This document shows positions 13,801-26,421 of a DNA stretch of 64,000 nucleotides, piece by piece. The stretch covers positions 14,138,001 through 14,202,000 of the forward strand of contig OZ076409.1 in the NCBI GenBank assembly GCA_964187785.1, read 5' to 3'. Under the pieces are notes generated by a model. It was not told where the DNA came from and ran no database searches. It was given only the letters and a program-made list of their open reading frames with translations. The DNA is from Amphiscolops sp. MND2022 (Eukaryota). Every line of letters begins with the position of its first letter. Position 1 is the stretch's first letter. A program made the translations under genes and the position numbers.

Positions 13801-14120
13801 TCACCTACTTCTGGAAATATCAGAATAACCTACTACCTGCTTTTAAGAGCTCAAATAAAACAACAACTGCTCTGATAAAAACGCAGTCACGGACAAAGGA
13901 AATTAGTTGCGATTGTCCAGCAAAAAGTGCTTTCATGAAAAATAGTTTCTTCATGAGAATTATACCCTTGTGGAACAGCCTACCACTAATGTTATTCAAG
14001 GAAAAATATTCTATCGAAACTATTAAAAGTAAACTGAAACGATACTTTATTGGTAAAATAGCCCATGAAATAGAGCATCCAGAATATAGGAAGAAGTGTT
14101 GGAGAGATTATCGATTTTAA
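10816..14120 (+). pseudogene. LINE ORF2: leader, 2A-like peptide, APE endonuclease and reverse transcriptase; one frameshift
   Basis: APE motifs HLNAQSL, SESWL, GGGV, MGDYN, LIDYI, DH; RT motifs NYRPIS, QFGFR, FLDLSKAFD, GVPQGTILGPLLF, YADD. The two ORFs (10816-11595, 11634-14120) join if one A is restored in the A6 run at 11554-11559 (PKKTYYDQFLEEL). The usual YLG motif reads YLE. Confidence 0.92.
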
Positions 14121-17100
14121 TGTTACACCAACTTATTATTATGTACTTTCATTTTAACATTAACTTGTTTTAGTCTTGTACACTGCCTTTAATAATTCAA
14201 CGATAGCGTTTTATTTGAAAAGGAAATTCAGTGTTTTTTTTTCTTTTTTTTTGAAAAAAATGAGCACTGCGAGAGTGGAGATCTGCAGTTTAGGGTTACG
14301 CTTCATGGCGCGATTAATTCCCCCGAGGTAATACTTTTAAAGAGAACTTTGCTGAGATTTTTTTGCTCAAGTGTTGTCATTGTCAATCTCCCGGTAGAAT
14401 TAGACCAAGATGCTGCCTAAACTGATTCAGTCACTGTTTGCGTGCGCAAAATTTACCAGGTGAAATAACAGTGATACACTCTGCCAGTCAATTGGCAAAC
14501 GAATAACGATTCTCAAGTATAAAAAAACTTGCTTCGCTCAATCAGACTAACTCTGTAACTCTACTTTAAATAACTTTCCTAAAGCGGATTGATGAAAAAT
14601 TTGTTTTAACCTCCTGTTTAAATCAGGTTCAGTTTTTTCAACAAAGTCATACAAAAATGAATGACAACGTTTCACCAATTGAAAAACCAGTCTAATGCGT
14701 AAGAGTTCATTTCAGTTCTTTCGAAGGTGAGGCATTCGAAACATCTCTATTTTTCGGTTTATGAATCTGAATCCCAGAGTCATTAGGTAGTGGTTAACTG
14801 GAGAATAATACATGACCGTGACGTAAATTCTGTAACGAATTCCTTAGATAGCAATTTTCAGCAAAGCGGTGCATACTGGTGTAAAACGTTCTATGCACAG
14901 TAGGCTGGGGGAAAATGACAAAATGTTTATACACTTAACAGTACTCCCAATGAAAACGTCCATTTCACAGACTTTTTCAAAGTTTTTTCTAACATCTACT
15001 GAACTCTGGATGGGACCCTTGATAACTTGACCTTTACACTCAAATCAGAAATACTGTTTTTTGATTTTAAAAAACTTCAAGAAATTCTTTTTTCTTTTTT
15101 GATCATTCGGCGCTTTTCAGAATCTGTGAAATTGAGCCACGGGTGATTTTGAAAGACTGAATTTTTGAACAGAAAAGTTTCCAAGTCAAGTTTTTAACTA
15201 ACGTTTTTTAGTCCTCAGATTTTTGGTCTCGAAATTTTTCTTGAAAAAACATGCGTCTAGATCAATAAATCGAATCCATACTGGTGGGTTGATCTTAAGC
15301 TTGCTTATTCAACAAAAAAATGAAATTTTTCTTCAGTATTTGTCTTTTCATAATTTATAACTTTGTTTGATCCACATTAGAATTAATGTTTCTCTCAAAT
15401 CATTTTTTTCTGGGAGAGACCTTTTGCAGTTAGCAAATTAATGCAAAAGCTGTCAATGGCATTTGAAAGCAACGAAATTCAAACTGGTTTCCATAATGCG
15501 CAATTAATGCCATATTTGCATGATAAATCCATGTATATATTCCGTCTGAGAATACATCCAAAGAGATCAATGGCGCATCCATGTACTAGCTCTGCATTGA
15601 TTTCTAGCGACCTTCAGAAATGAATTATAGGTGATTGCATTATACTTCCCCGACATGTTGGAAGCACTGACTCCTTATAAGGCATCTTCTTTCCTTTTCA
15701 CTGAAGGAAATAACAGGAAGCTTTGGTGAAGTAAAAAAAAAGGGGAAAATCTCTTTTTTTATTAAAAACATGATTGTTAGAATATGTGCGTTTATTAGTT
15801 CAGCTATAAAGAGTAATGTAAAAACAGTTTTGCGTAATGAAACGAAACCATGGCAATACCTAAGACTTCTTTAAATGCATGAAAGCAGCCGTGAATTGCA
15901 GAAAAATTTCTCATGAAATTAATTCATAGGTTAATGGAATTCCTAGGTTAATTGCATTGCATAAAAAGAACTTTACAAGGGAATTATTTTCGAATAAAGT
16001 TTAAGGAATAGCGTCTAAAAGTTTTTCGGGAATAACTTCTGAAGGAACAATGTCTAAAATTCAATGTATGAAGATAGGGAATGAGCATGACTTGGCTTTA
16101 GGCGTATTTTTTCCGTTTTGCATTGAGATATTATTCCTTAGAGGTTATTCCTGCTCGCCCATTTTTAGTAAGAACTTCGCCAGATATTTGCAATAAAGGA
16201 AATTTTCTCCAACCACTGTAAAAACCCTTAAAAGCGACAGAAAACAACGAACCAAAAGTAAAATTAAGTCTTTCCTCATGTTTTTGAAAACTTTTCATAT
16301 TATGCTTAATTGTTATGTTTTCAATGGTTAAAACGTAAGATTATTTTTGAGCGTACCAATCGGTTAGAATTTCTCCAATTGGTACTATACGTCGAACAAA
16401 AAACAAAATTTGCATACCAAGTTCTTCCAATGTTTTTAGGCGATCGATCCCTACTTTTGTACTCTAAAATCTATCACTTTCAAGATGATGTCACAAAATC
16501 ATTTTTTTCTGGCAAATTGTCAATTTTTCTAACACATAATTTTTCAAAATTGAGATTCTCAGTTTATCTAAGTTTCAGTAACTAAAATTGACTTGGTTGG
16601 GATCAGTTAACTTTGAAGCGTGTGAACACTTTTCCCAGTTTACCCGCCGTCACTCACAATCTATTACGTCATCTGTTCAGGCAGGTGGACCCGGATTGAA
16701 CTTTTAAAATTTAGGAAAAATCAATGCCTCCACGTTCAGGAGGAGAAAGTGCCGGCGGGATACTGGCGATTTCAATTGATCCGTGCCCCGGAGAGGCAGA
16801 ATGAAATTTCCTGAAAAGTTGCCATTTTTGTTTACTCTGACGAGGGCTTTTCAGTCACCACAGTGTTCCAGTGCTTGTTTTTAATTTATACAGACAACCT
16901 TTTATGCCGCAAGGGGGCGGGTGAGGGTTAATTATGCGCTGAACGAAATTTTGCATTGTTGAAAAAATCGATTTAGTTGCCAATTCACTTCAAAGCAAGT
17001 CTTATCATCCAACAATTTATCTCGCGCCAGCCACCACTATAAATTTTCAGATTCGATCATTTCAGAACCCTGTCATGTGATGAAAAGTCCTAAAAATAGT

Positions 17101-17831
17101 TACATAAATGATGAAATGATGATACCAACTACAAATGATAATACCTGAGTTGGTTGCCCACAACCTAAACAAGGCGCGTCTCCATAGAGTGAAAAATTTG
17201 GTAACTTTGGTTCATTTCGTCTTTTTACACACAACTACAATTTCCAGGCTGATTTTATAAAAACTTGAATGTATGCATTTGTATGTATTTGCAGCCCGTA
17301 GTGCTTCACCACAGTCAAGGCTGACAAGCAGTCAATTAGTGCGACTCTCCGTAAAAGTATCTTTTCATCCAGCAAGACTTGAAAGACTATTTTTTCAAGA
17401 GAATCATGACTGGTGGCTTTGCCAAGTTTGAACAAAATACCATCCTCGTGATGACATACCACTGGCTTTTTTCCTAATAAGAGACCTCTGTATACTTCAA
17501 CCTCTGTATGCTTTGCCCTCTTGACGAGCCAAAAACAGCAGATAACCAAAATTGTTAGCACATAACGTTGTGCTTTTCCCCCATATATAATTCCAGTTAT
17601 ACTAAACAAACAGTTCCATACAATGATATTTGATAGTAAACGACATCGAATTGATGCAAAAAAGTGATCAAGAGTTCACTTCAAAAAGTATTTCACATTT
17701 GGCCTAACTTTTAACCATTTTTTTAAACTTTTAACTTTATTTGATATGGAAAATGCACGAAGTTATTTCTATCGATAATCAACGATGGTACCATTTTGTA
17801 GTCCATGGTCAGATAATGATGAACTCGGAAC

Positions 17832-18232
17832 CACGGCCTTCAGAAAATCGCAGCACTAATTTACGCGAACTTCCACGAGAAACGTGAAAAAAAATCAGCG
17901 CGAGATTCGCCGTCAAATCTCATTGGCTGACGAAATAAATTCACTGCAAATTAGGAATACGTGCTAGAACAGCTGCAGTGGAAAGATCATTTTCTCTCTA
18001 TAACAAGATTTTGGCCCCGGAAAGGCGAACTTCGCCTTTCAAACTTGAAGTTTGAAAGAAAAAAAACCTTTAATGAAGCGTTGTTTCTGTATTTCAATTC
18101 TGGGAAACTGGATTTTTTTTCTGTTTCGTTCTAGGAAATAGTAAATATTTTCACGAATTTTGTTTTTCTCGCAGAAATCTAGAAAACGACCCACTATTTT
18201 AGGTGTTTTTCCACAATTTTCTGAAGGCCCTG
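17832..18232 (+). mobile_element. Internally deleted hAT DNA transposon (401 bp) with perfect 8-bp TSD
   Basis: TIRs CACGGCCTTCAGAAAAT / ATTTTCTGAAGGCCCTG; TSD CTCGGAAC at 17824-17831 and 18233-18240; internal remnant translates TAAVERSFSLYNKILAPERR (hAT ERxFS motif). Confidence 0.92.
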
Positions 18233-19161
18233 CTCGGAACTAGACTTTCAAATGAGTGCTCAATGTCACCCTAGTTGAGACCCCCCGGGTTATCTGTCAG
18301 AATCTATGACTCATAGAATCTATATAGCTTGACAAAATGGACAATGGTCTGTTACACCCACCTATCAAATGAATTGTTTGTCCACATTCACCCTAGGGCC
18401 GATTAACGCTCCGGCAATTGGTATCTATCCACTATCGGCCCATCAAAAGAGTCCCAGATGTTTTTGTCCTCTGATCTACCATTTTTTATGCACATTTTTT
18501 GATGACTTCATTCCTTCCCAGTAACTTGAAAAATTTCCAACTTTGCTTAAAAATTCAACTTTTTCACTTCTCAAGCAAATCTACCTAAAAGATGCTAGTG
18601 AATTTGACTTGACGTGACTGCTCGGTTGAAAGCTGAACTTGTGCTGATAACTTTGATAGCTTAACGGGTGATTGACGTCTCTTCTTATTCAAGAAGCCCC
18701 GTGTGCAGGCGTACAATGGGGCAAAGAGCGCCCAAATCACTTGATCGGGAGAAGCACCGGGGGACATTTGTGAGGGGAAGTGAGTATAATTAATCACTCC
18801 CGTTTGCCTAAACACAGCAGGTGCATGCAGATTATTTTTTATCAGCCAGCTTTTCCCAAGAGACACCGCTCAAAATCACGGTCCTGTGAAATCGCTCAAC
18901 TTATAATCCCTAGATTTGAAGGAAAGGCCCAACATCTTAGGAGGTATAAGTGATGATGGTCTCGGCTACTTCCGCCATTTGAAATATGATGCCACTCAGA
19001 TTTCGGTCAATTTTCAAGGAATGTCGGTGATTGTAAGTTTTTTCAAAGTTAATTTTTCTGAAAGAAAGAAAGTTAATTCCCCAATTACCGCGAAGTGGAC
19101 GTCGGATAAACAGACCTGCTTTTCGACGTCGGTGCCCTTTTGGATTTCATCTCCCCCGTAG

Positions 19162-19251
19162 CAAGCTCTGGTACCATATTTGCAGTCAAATGGTCAAGTA
19201 ATGGAGGACTTGAAGCTGTGGTTTCAAAATGACTTGCTCAATGTCGCAAAG
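19162..19251 (+). CDS. Possible internal host exon (QALVPYLQSNGQVMEDLKLWFQNDLLNVAK)
   Basis: Pyrimidine tract plus TAG acceptor, 90-nt open phase 0-0 segment, weak GTCTGA donor; no recognised homology. Confidence 0.3.
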
Positions 19252-19757
19252 GTCTGACTGCTCACCGTTGCTCTTTTTGTTTTGCTTTTCTCCGCCGAAG
19301 GCGGTGTTTTTTTTGTTATGACCATACCACTAGGCTAGGGATGAAGGATTGCTTAAGGCCCAACACTGTGAGTTGCAAGAGATATAGTACGGAATATATA
19401 TGGAATCTGACATCATAGTCCAAAGTTTGCGTTGTACTCTTCTTCTTTACAAACAATTCTCTAATTCCCAATTAGACAGACCTTATCCAATTATGAAGGC
19501 TCGTCATTTCTGCTATGAACAAAACGGGCTCTACCGGTGTTTACAGATTAAATAAAAGGAGACTTCAAAGTCTTTCTTTGAAATGCAAAGATCAATAAAA
19601 ATTAGTGTCAATTTGAGTCAAAATTCAGACAAAATAAGGCTAGCTGAGGGTGAAAACAGGCCAGAATCCTTAACATCATTATAATACATTCACGAATTTC
19701 TGCGTTCGAATCACTTTACAACATCAAATTGGAAAAACATCTTTTCAGCCTTTTCTA

Positions 19758-20070
19758 TTTTTAGTAGGCGCTTCACGGAGTGAAACGCGACTATACAAGT
19801 GACTTTTTTTTCAATCCACACGAACTGAACAAAATAGTACTGCAAAGTTATACGAAATTCTAAGGTGTCAAATTGTCCATTTCGCCTAGCGAACTGAACC
19901 AAAAAGGTTATTCCTCTTTTCCGCGTAACATACAGTACCGGGGAGACTAAAGGGTCCCCCTTTTCAGTTTTTTCGTCTTTGTGAGACTTTTTTTCGGAAA
20001 TTTTAAATGTCTGTAAAGGGTTCCCCTTCAATTTTTTGATATTTTGCAACAGAAAGGATGTTAAAAATCC
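19758..20070 (+). mobile_element. HINE-like family, 5' portion
   Basis: TTTTAGTAGGCGCTTC...GTGAAACGCGACTATA start; colinear with the 8034 copy. Confidence 0.65.
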
Positions 20071-20250
20071 AGAAATTAGAAAGGGTGTTATCAGGCAATG
20101 CAATGAATTCCTGAGAAGATTGAAATTTTTGTGTTTTTGGGACTGAGTTGTGCGGACAAAGAGGGAGAGATTAGTTTTTGCCGGGTGAAAATAACTTTTT
20201 CATGAAGGAAAACATGCAGTCAATTCTTGATTCTCTGCGACTAGTATATA

Positions 20251-20985
20251 AACAAGCCGGGACCGGCCCAAGTCGGCGCCATATCCAGTACTCGAAAATC
20301 GAAAACCCAAAAAATGGACAGAGTGGCGCGCCAGGGACCGCTAGAACGAGCCCCTGGCGCGCTAAAAAGGGGACACTTCCGAAATTGTCGACATTTTTGT
20401 CGCAGTTGAAGGGGGAACCCTTTGGAGAAAAAACAAATTTTCGAAAAAAAGTCTCACAATGCCGAAAAACTGAAAGTGGGACCCCTTTGGGGTTATTCAA
20501 CATCCATTCTGTCCCAAAACATCAAAAAATTGAAGGAAGGAAATTTTTATTTTTGGAAAAAAAGTCTCACAGTGCCGAAAAAAATTGAAAGAAGGGACCC
20601 TTTGGGATTTTTCAACATCCATTCTGTCGCAAAACATCAAAAAAATTGAAAGGGGGGCCCTTTGGGATTTTTCAACATGCATTCTGTCGCAAAACATCAA
20701 AAAAATTGAAGGGGGGCCTTTCGTGGGGAAAAAAGTTTTTTTGAAAAAAAGTCTCGCAGTGCCGAAAAAAATGAAAAGGCCTTTGGTCTCGCCCGGTATG
20801 GTTTGTTACCCGGGAAAACAGGAAAATCTTTTTGGTTCGTTCGCTAGGCCAAATGGGGCAATTTGGTGCAATAATATATTGTAGAACTTTTAAGAACTGT
20901 TTTGGTCACTCCGTGTGGATTGAAAAAAAAATAAAAAGAGTCATTATAATAGTCGCGTTTCACTTCATGAAGCTCCGAATAAAAA
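20251..20985 (-). mobile_element. HINE-like family, full-length copy with internal ~60-bp tandem repeats
   Basis: AACAAGCCGGGACCGGCCCAAGTCGGCGCC at one end and AGCTCCGAATAAAAA at the other; repeated GGGACCCTTTGGGATTTTTCAACATCCATTCTGTCGCAAAACATC units at 20475-20715. Confidence 0.75.
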
Positions 20986-21147
20986 TCAGTTTCAATCATT
21001 TGTACTGAAATCAAGTTATTTATAGCAAGCAATAATGAGCACTACTGAATGCATATGGAAAATATATGTTTTTCCTCCAAGATGAATAAATGCAACTTCA
21101 TTCAATTTTTCAGTAATTAACAAAACATTCCAACTTTTTTCATTTAA

Positions 21148-21700
21148 CCCTAGTTTGCTGGAACTGCTTGAACTTTTTACATGTTTTTGTAGGTTACCAA
21201 CCTAATTTTCCATGATTTTATAAAATTCTCAAAAAAAAACGTCCATGCAACAAAACTTCACTGATTCGATTCAATTTTATCAAGCTGCCTATAAAATGCA
21301 TCCTAAATTTGGCGGCAATTTTACGCAGCAAAGTTTTGCAGGTTTCTTTAAAACGCCGTTCTAATTTTGAAAGCAGCTGAGACCGTCATCTTTTTTACCG
21401 CACTTTCAATGCAAATAAACTTCAGTCACATAGAAAGTTTCAAAGTAGCGTCATATTCAGTGTGCTATTTGACTAACGGTGATTACATAAGATATTTACT
21501 TGAGAAACGCGTGAAAACAAAGTGATCGCGGTTGTGAAGAAGTGGAAATGTTTTTAGTTTTAATTGAAATAGTGGCAGCTGCATTGTATCCTACAAAATG
21601 TTTCCATGCAGGCTCCGGATTTTTTCATGTTTTGGTTAAAAAAAATTAGCCTGCATGTTTCCATGCAGCATGTAAAAAGTTCAAGCAATATCGACTAGGG
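21148..21700. mobile_element. MITE with CCC-starting TIRs (EnSpm/CACTA-like), possible AA 2-bp TSD
   Basis: Left CCCTAGT..TGCTTGAACTTTTTACATG mirrored by CATGTAAAAAGTTCAAGCA..ACTAGGG; AA on both flanks. Confidence 0.75.
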
Positions 21701-24700
21701 AAGCGGACGGAAAACGTGATTCAGAAAACATACTTCTAATTGGATTGCCAAAAATTATTTCCTTTGTAAAAATAGAAGCGGAGTGGATTCTAGTCTGAAT
21801 TTTCATGAAGCTCATTGACTTTCACACGAACTTTTCGAGAGAAAAACATGATGAGGTTGTATCTCAAATATACGTAAAAAATAGTTTATTTGCAATACGT
21901 CAAAAATGTCGTACGGTACAATCAGCAATCTCCATTTTTTGAAAGTAACTGGTTTTTTCGAATTGAAAAGACCTCGATTCAATTCTATGTATCATTTTGT
22001 GCTTCGACAGTTCTGTAATTAACAGTTTTGGGTCTTTTCTGCATACCTTTTTACATGTATATCCAATGCTTTGAAATTTTCAGACCAAAATTACAAATCC
22101 ATTAGATAATTGCTTCATTTGTCAAATTTGGCTTGTTTCTTGATATTGCAGTAGTTGGGTCAATATGATATTTAAACTCTGGACAAATGAATCAATAACA
22201 GGTCAATAACAGAATGAATCAGAAAATCAATTGTGTAGAAATTTCCTTCTCGCTGAAATCCGAAGTAGGAGGAGCTTACAAGTATCTCAATAATTTGTCA
22301 TCTGATATTCAAGAGATCAGCCATGAACAGGTGTTTGGATGATCTCAATTTTCATGATTTTTCAAATGATGCTAGTACGTTCAAATCCATCACCAAATAT
22401 TAGAACGCAAGCTCTCCTTTTTCAAGGTTATGCTCAGAGTAGAATGCAACAAAAAACCAATTTCAAGGAAAAGTATTTTAAAAACTAAAACAGTCGCCTA
22501 CAAAGAACGTTGATATCAAAGAATTATCAAAAACAAAGAAGCCTTCAGGTTACCGATGTTGACTTTCTTACTGCATTTTTTCTAAAATGGCAAAATCTTG
22601 AAACATTTTTCCTTATTCATGGCGGCCATGGATTTCACAGCAAGATTTGAACCAATACGCACCAAAATCAAACCTTGCAAGATTTGATAGAATTCTGAGA
22701 CTTCAAGATTTCGACCTAGAGTTATGTCGAAATTTTTTAAATTTTAATTCTGTTTCTGAATCGTGGCGGGCTTGTATGAACGGAGATTTCGGTTTCTTAT
22801 CGAAATTTTACAAAATCTAGTGTTTTTGGGCCGACAGAGTTTGCAAAAATACAATTTCAAGTGAATTATTCTGCAGTTTACAATGTTCTGCAAAGCTTAG
22901 TTTCAGTACGAATTTTTCCAACAGTTTCTGTCAAAAGCTACCAGATACTGTTGAAATCTGGAAAATACTCACCACTTGGTATAGAGGTTGACGCTGCGTG
23001 GTTTTTCTGCGTGGTGTGTGGGTCTGGGAAGCTGGTGTGCGTGGGTTCAAACCCTGTGCTGTACCAATTTTTCTTGAAAACTTTCGAGTGCAGAGGAGAG
23101 ACAAAAGTGTTCCTCTTGGTTTTTTCAACACTCTGCGACTTATCAAAAATTTTAAATCAGTGAAGCGTTGGCCTCAATTGATGATTTCAGTGAGAACGAA
23201 ACGTTTTGCGAATTTAGAAGCCGTCGGTGATAGGCAATTTTAATCCAAACAAAAATGTTTATCGTAATTATTTTCTTTCGAACGGAAATTCAAAAATTTG
23301 GTTTTCTCGATGCTTTCAGTTAGGAAAAAACCGATCCTAAGATTAAGCTTTGACCGTTTTGGCTGTTTTTCGTAATACTAGATTAACGAGAGTCTTGTCC
23401 GATGTTGTTTTCCAGCATATTTGAAAGATTTAGCCCTACGTGAGCCCGAAATAAGGCGTCGCTTTAAACTGTACGCAGCTTGTTTTCAGTTACCAAAATG
23501 CGATCTTCAAGTTAATAGAGTCATTTTGCTGCTTGTTCGGCGCTGTGCATTTTTTGTATCTAATTAAAAAAATATATAATAACTTTTTGGGTTTTCAGAT
23601 CAAAAAATCCCTCTTTGTTTGAAACATTCCTGTACTTTTTTGTCGTAAATTTCGGGCCGGAATTTGTCTTGACTTTTTCCAAAGACTTATTGGCAGAATA
23701 TACGAAATTCATCGCAGTGCCACTTTTTATATTTGTTTTAAAATTGCTAAAAGAGTATGACATGGAAAATTTTTGAATTCTCCCATTTTTGGCTAAAATT
23801 ACTTGACAATTTTTGTGCGTCTGAAAATGTCTTAGCGCCCTTTAAGCTATCTTCATGATTAAAGTAGTATTATATAGTTTATCCTTGGAGGTTTGAAACC
23901 AGGAGTTACAAAAAATAGTTGAAAAGACAATCGCTTAATATGATTATTATGAGCTCACAACAAAAAACACCAAAGCTAATAATCAAAAATACTTGATTGA
24001 ATAAATTCTTTAGATACAAGTGAACTGATAGCCAAACAACGGAGAGTAAAAATTGAGAATGAGAAAAAAGGAAAACTCAAACGGAAATCGGAAACCTTTG
24101 TTGCTTTTTTAAATGAATCATTTTTGAACCCACATTTGGTGGCTTTTTTTCACGAGTTCAGATGAGCTTGCTTGAAAGGAGGAAAACCTTGTGAGATGAA
24201 TTGATCAAACGCTACCTGTTTAATGATCAAAAGATAAATACTATTTTCTGTTTCCTGGAAGATTGACCAGAAACAGTTTTCAAATCTCATTTTATGGCAT
24301 GCATAATCTTTGAATTTTGATTGGGTTCTTTTTACAATTTTTGTTGTTACTCATTCCATGTTCTATGGACATCCAAGTCCTTTGAATTCGGCCTGAATCA
24401 CTTCTTGTAAATTAATTTCTTTCGACTTCTGAAGGATTTTTTGGCTTTGTATCAAAGACGTCCACTTTCGGCACTTTTAATCAAATGAAAGATTACTTGA
24501 GCGTAGCTATCTGGTTTAGAACTGGTGACTTTTTCTGGTTGCTGTGGCTAACATGGGTTGGATACTGGTCGTGCGGTGGTTGAAAGTCCAGAGAGGTCCA
24601 GTGACCTTTTATTGCGCAACTTTTTAATCAATACTTTCATTGTTTTTGGCGAAATTTTAAGACGCACCGATTAACTTCACAGTCCTTTTACTTACAAAGG

Positions 24701-25673
24701 AATTTAGCCACTGGGAATTTTAAGCCGTATAACTGAAACTGACATCTTTAATTACTTGAATGAAATTTTTCCACACATTTAATTTATACAATCGAATCAA
24801 CATTTTCCACGAACACAATTTCTGGCAGTGAGTTGTTAGTGTATTATACATGACATCACTCAATAGCTTGTTGGGCTGTAAAATTTATTTCAGCTACAAA
24901 TATAGTTTTCTCAATTTTGTGTCTTGGCTGTTTTATATATGCCCTACGAGCTGATGCAGCTTTTATAATTGCTCCCAACCGACCTGCTGTGAAGATTAGC
25001 CCCCATTAGAAAAATATGGGTCTCTAAAAAGCATCTTCCTGCATCGTGACTAATCCCTTTGTTTCCACTGAATTACAGTCCAGAATATATTCCGCAACTT
25101 TCCACCTCTCTTCCGGCGTTTGGCGTCTTTTAAATCACCAGCAAAAATGGCGACGGTTGCCAGAAGCATTAATGCATTGTCCATAAATTGAATCACCTTG
25201 TGAATCCACAGAGCACAGATTTATAGCAAGACAGACAGAAGAATTTTAATGATTGTAAGAATTGCTCTGATTGATGGAAAAGGTCAGCAACCTCAAAGAA
25301 TAATTCATGGTTGCATTTTGATTGCATGAAGTTGGGAATAAAGTGATGGCCTATCAATTTTTAATCGGCGCTTCATGAATAGTGACTCTTTTTTCAATCC
25401 ACACGAACTGGCCAAAATAGGTCTACCAAGTTCTACAAAATTTTAAGGGGCCAAATTGTACCATTTGGTCCAGGGAACTGAACTATAATAGTTGTTCCTT
25501 TTTTTTAGCGTAACAGACAAAACCGGACAAGACTATAGCTCCCCCTTATGATTTTTTTCAGCACGGTGAGATTTTTTTGAAAGTTTTTAAAGGTATGCGA
25601 AAAAGTTTTAGAGTGATAATGCCATCAATTCGTACCACTAAGACCACTTACAGTTTTTAGTGACCTTCCGAAC

Positions 25674-26331
25674 CAGGGTTCTGAAATCGCTAATTTCAAC
25701 AGCTAATCGCTAAACTGCTAATTTCGCAATCGCTAACTTGGCAAGCGTCATTTTCACCTGCTTCTTCACAGCTGCAGAATAAAAACACTTTTCCGAAGCG
25801 AATGGACAAAACTGACCGCCGGAAAACATTCCATTGTTAAGGAATCATTGAAGAAACCATCGCAGTTTCAGGGAATCATGCCGAAATCCAATGGTTTTTG
25901 ATAGATTTTTACTGCCCAATTTTTTTGTGTATGCTACAATTCCCTTGGAACAAGCCAGGGATGGCATACGTCGGTGCCCCGCTTAGGGCTCTAAAAGAGC
26001 AAAAGTACTTCAAAGCGTCAAGGATTCTCTTTTCAAATGACTCTCAATTTCACAGTACCGAAAAACAAGTAAAACACAATTTACTTCGGAAATAACGTAG
26101 AAAATTCGGATATAGCGAAATATTTTGTCCATGTCAGAAAAAAATGGTACAATTTGGTCCTATTATAGTCGCGTTTCACTTCATGAAGCGCCGACACAAA
26201 TGTGTATAGGGCGTTTGTTTTGTTCACTCTGTAAAATCGCTATTAAAATGTTAACGATAAATCAGCTCGCTAATCAATTCTTTACGCTTCGCTAATTCGC
26301 TAAACTGCTAATTAGTGGTGTCACAACACTG
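25674..26331. mobile_element. hAT-like MITE with a nested HINE-like copy (25949-26200)
   Basis: Imperfect TIRs CAGGGTTCTGAAATCGCTAATT / AATTAGTGGTGTCACAACACTG; flanks TTCCGAAC and CTCCGAAT (6/8 match, degenerate 8-bp TSD); subterminal GCTAA repeats. Confidence 0.7.
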
Positions 26332-26421
26332 CTCCGAATTCTCGATTTTAGAGAAAAATCCATATAATAGAAGAAACAACATAAAACTCAAATGATCTTC
26401 ATTTCTGGTTGTTTGTTTCAG

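Larger units (their letters stand above)
9646..14527 (+). mobile_element. L2/CR1-group non-LTR retrotransposon (LINE), near full length
   Basis: ORF1 (esterase) followed by APE and RT ORFs in the same orientation, 5' tandem duplication, ~400-nt 3' UTR ending near a short A-run at ~14527. Ends approximate; no TSD identified. Confidence 0.9.

Noticed and set aside
17235..17609. 124-aa minus-strand ORF
   Set aside because: Non-ATG start, no recognisable domain, and no supporting splice structure.
20171..20884. Several ORFs of 67-136 aa
   Set aside because: They lie within a non-autonomous repeat with internal tandem units; not credible genes.
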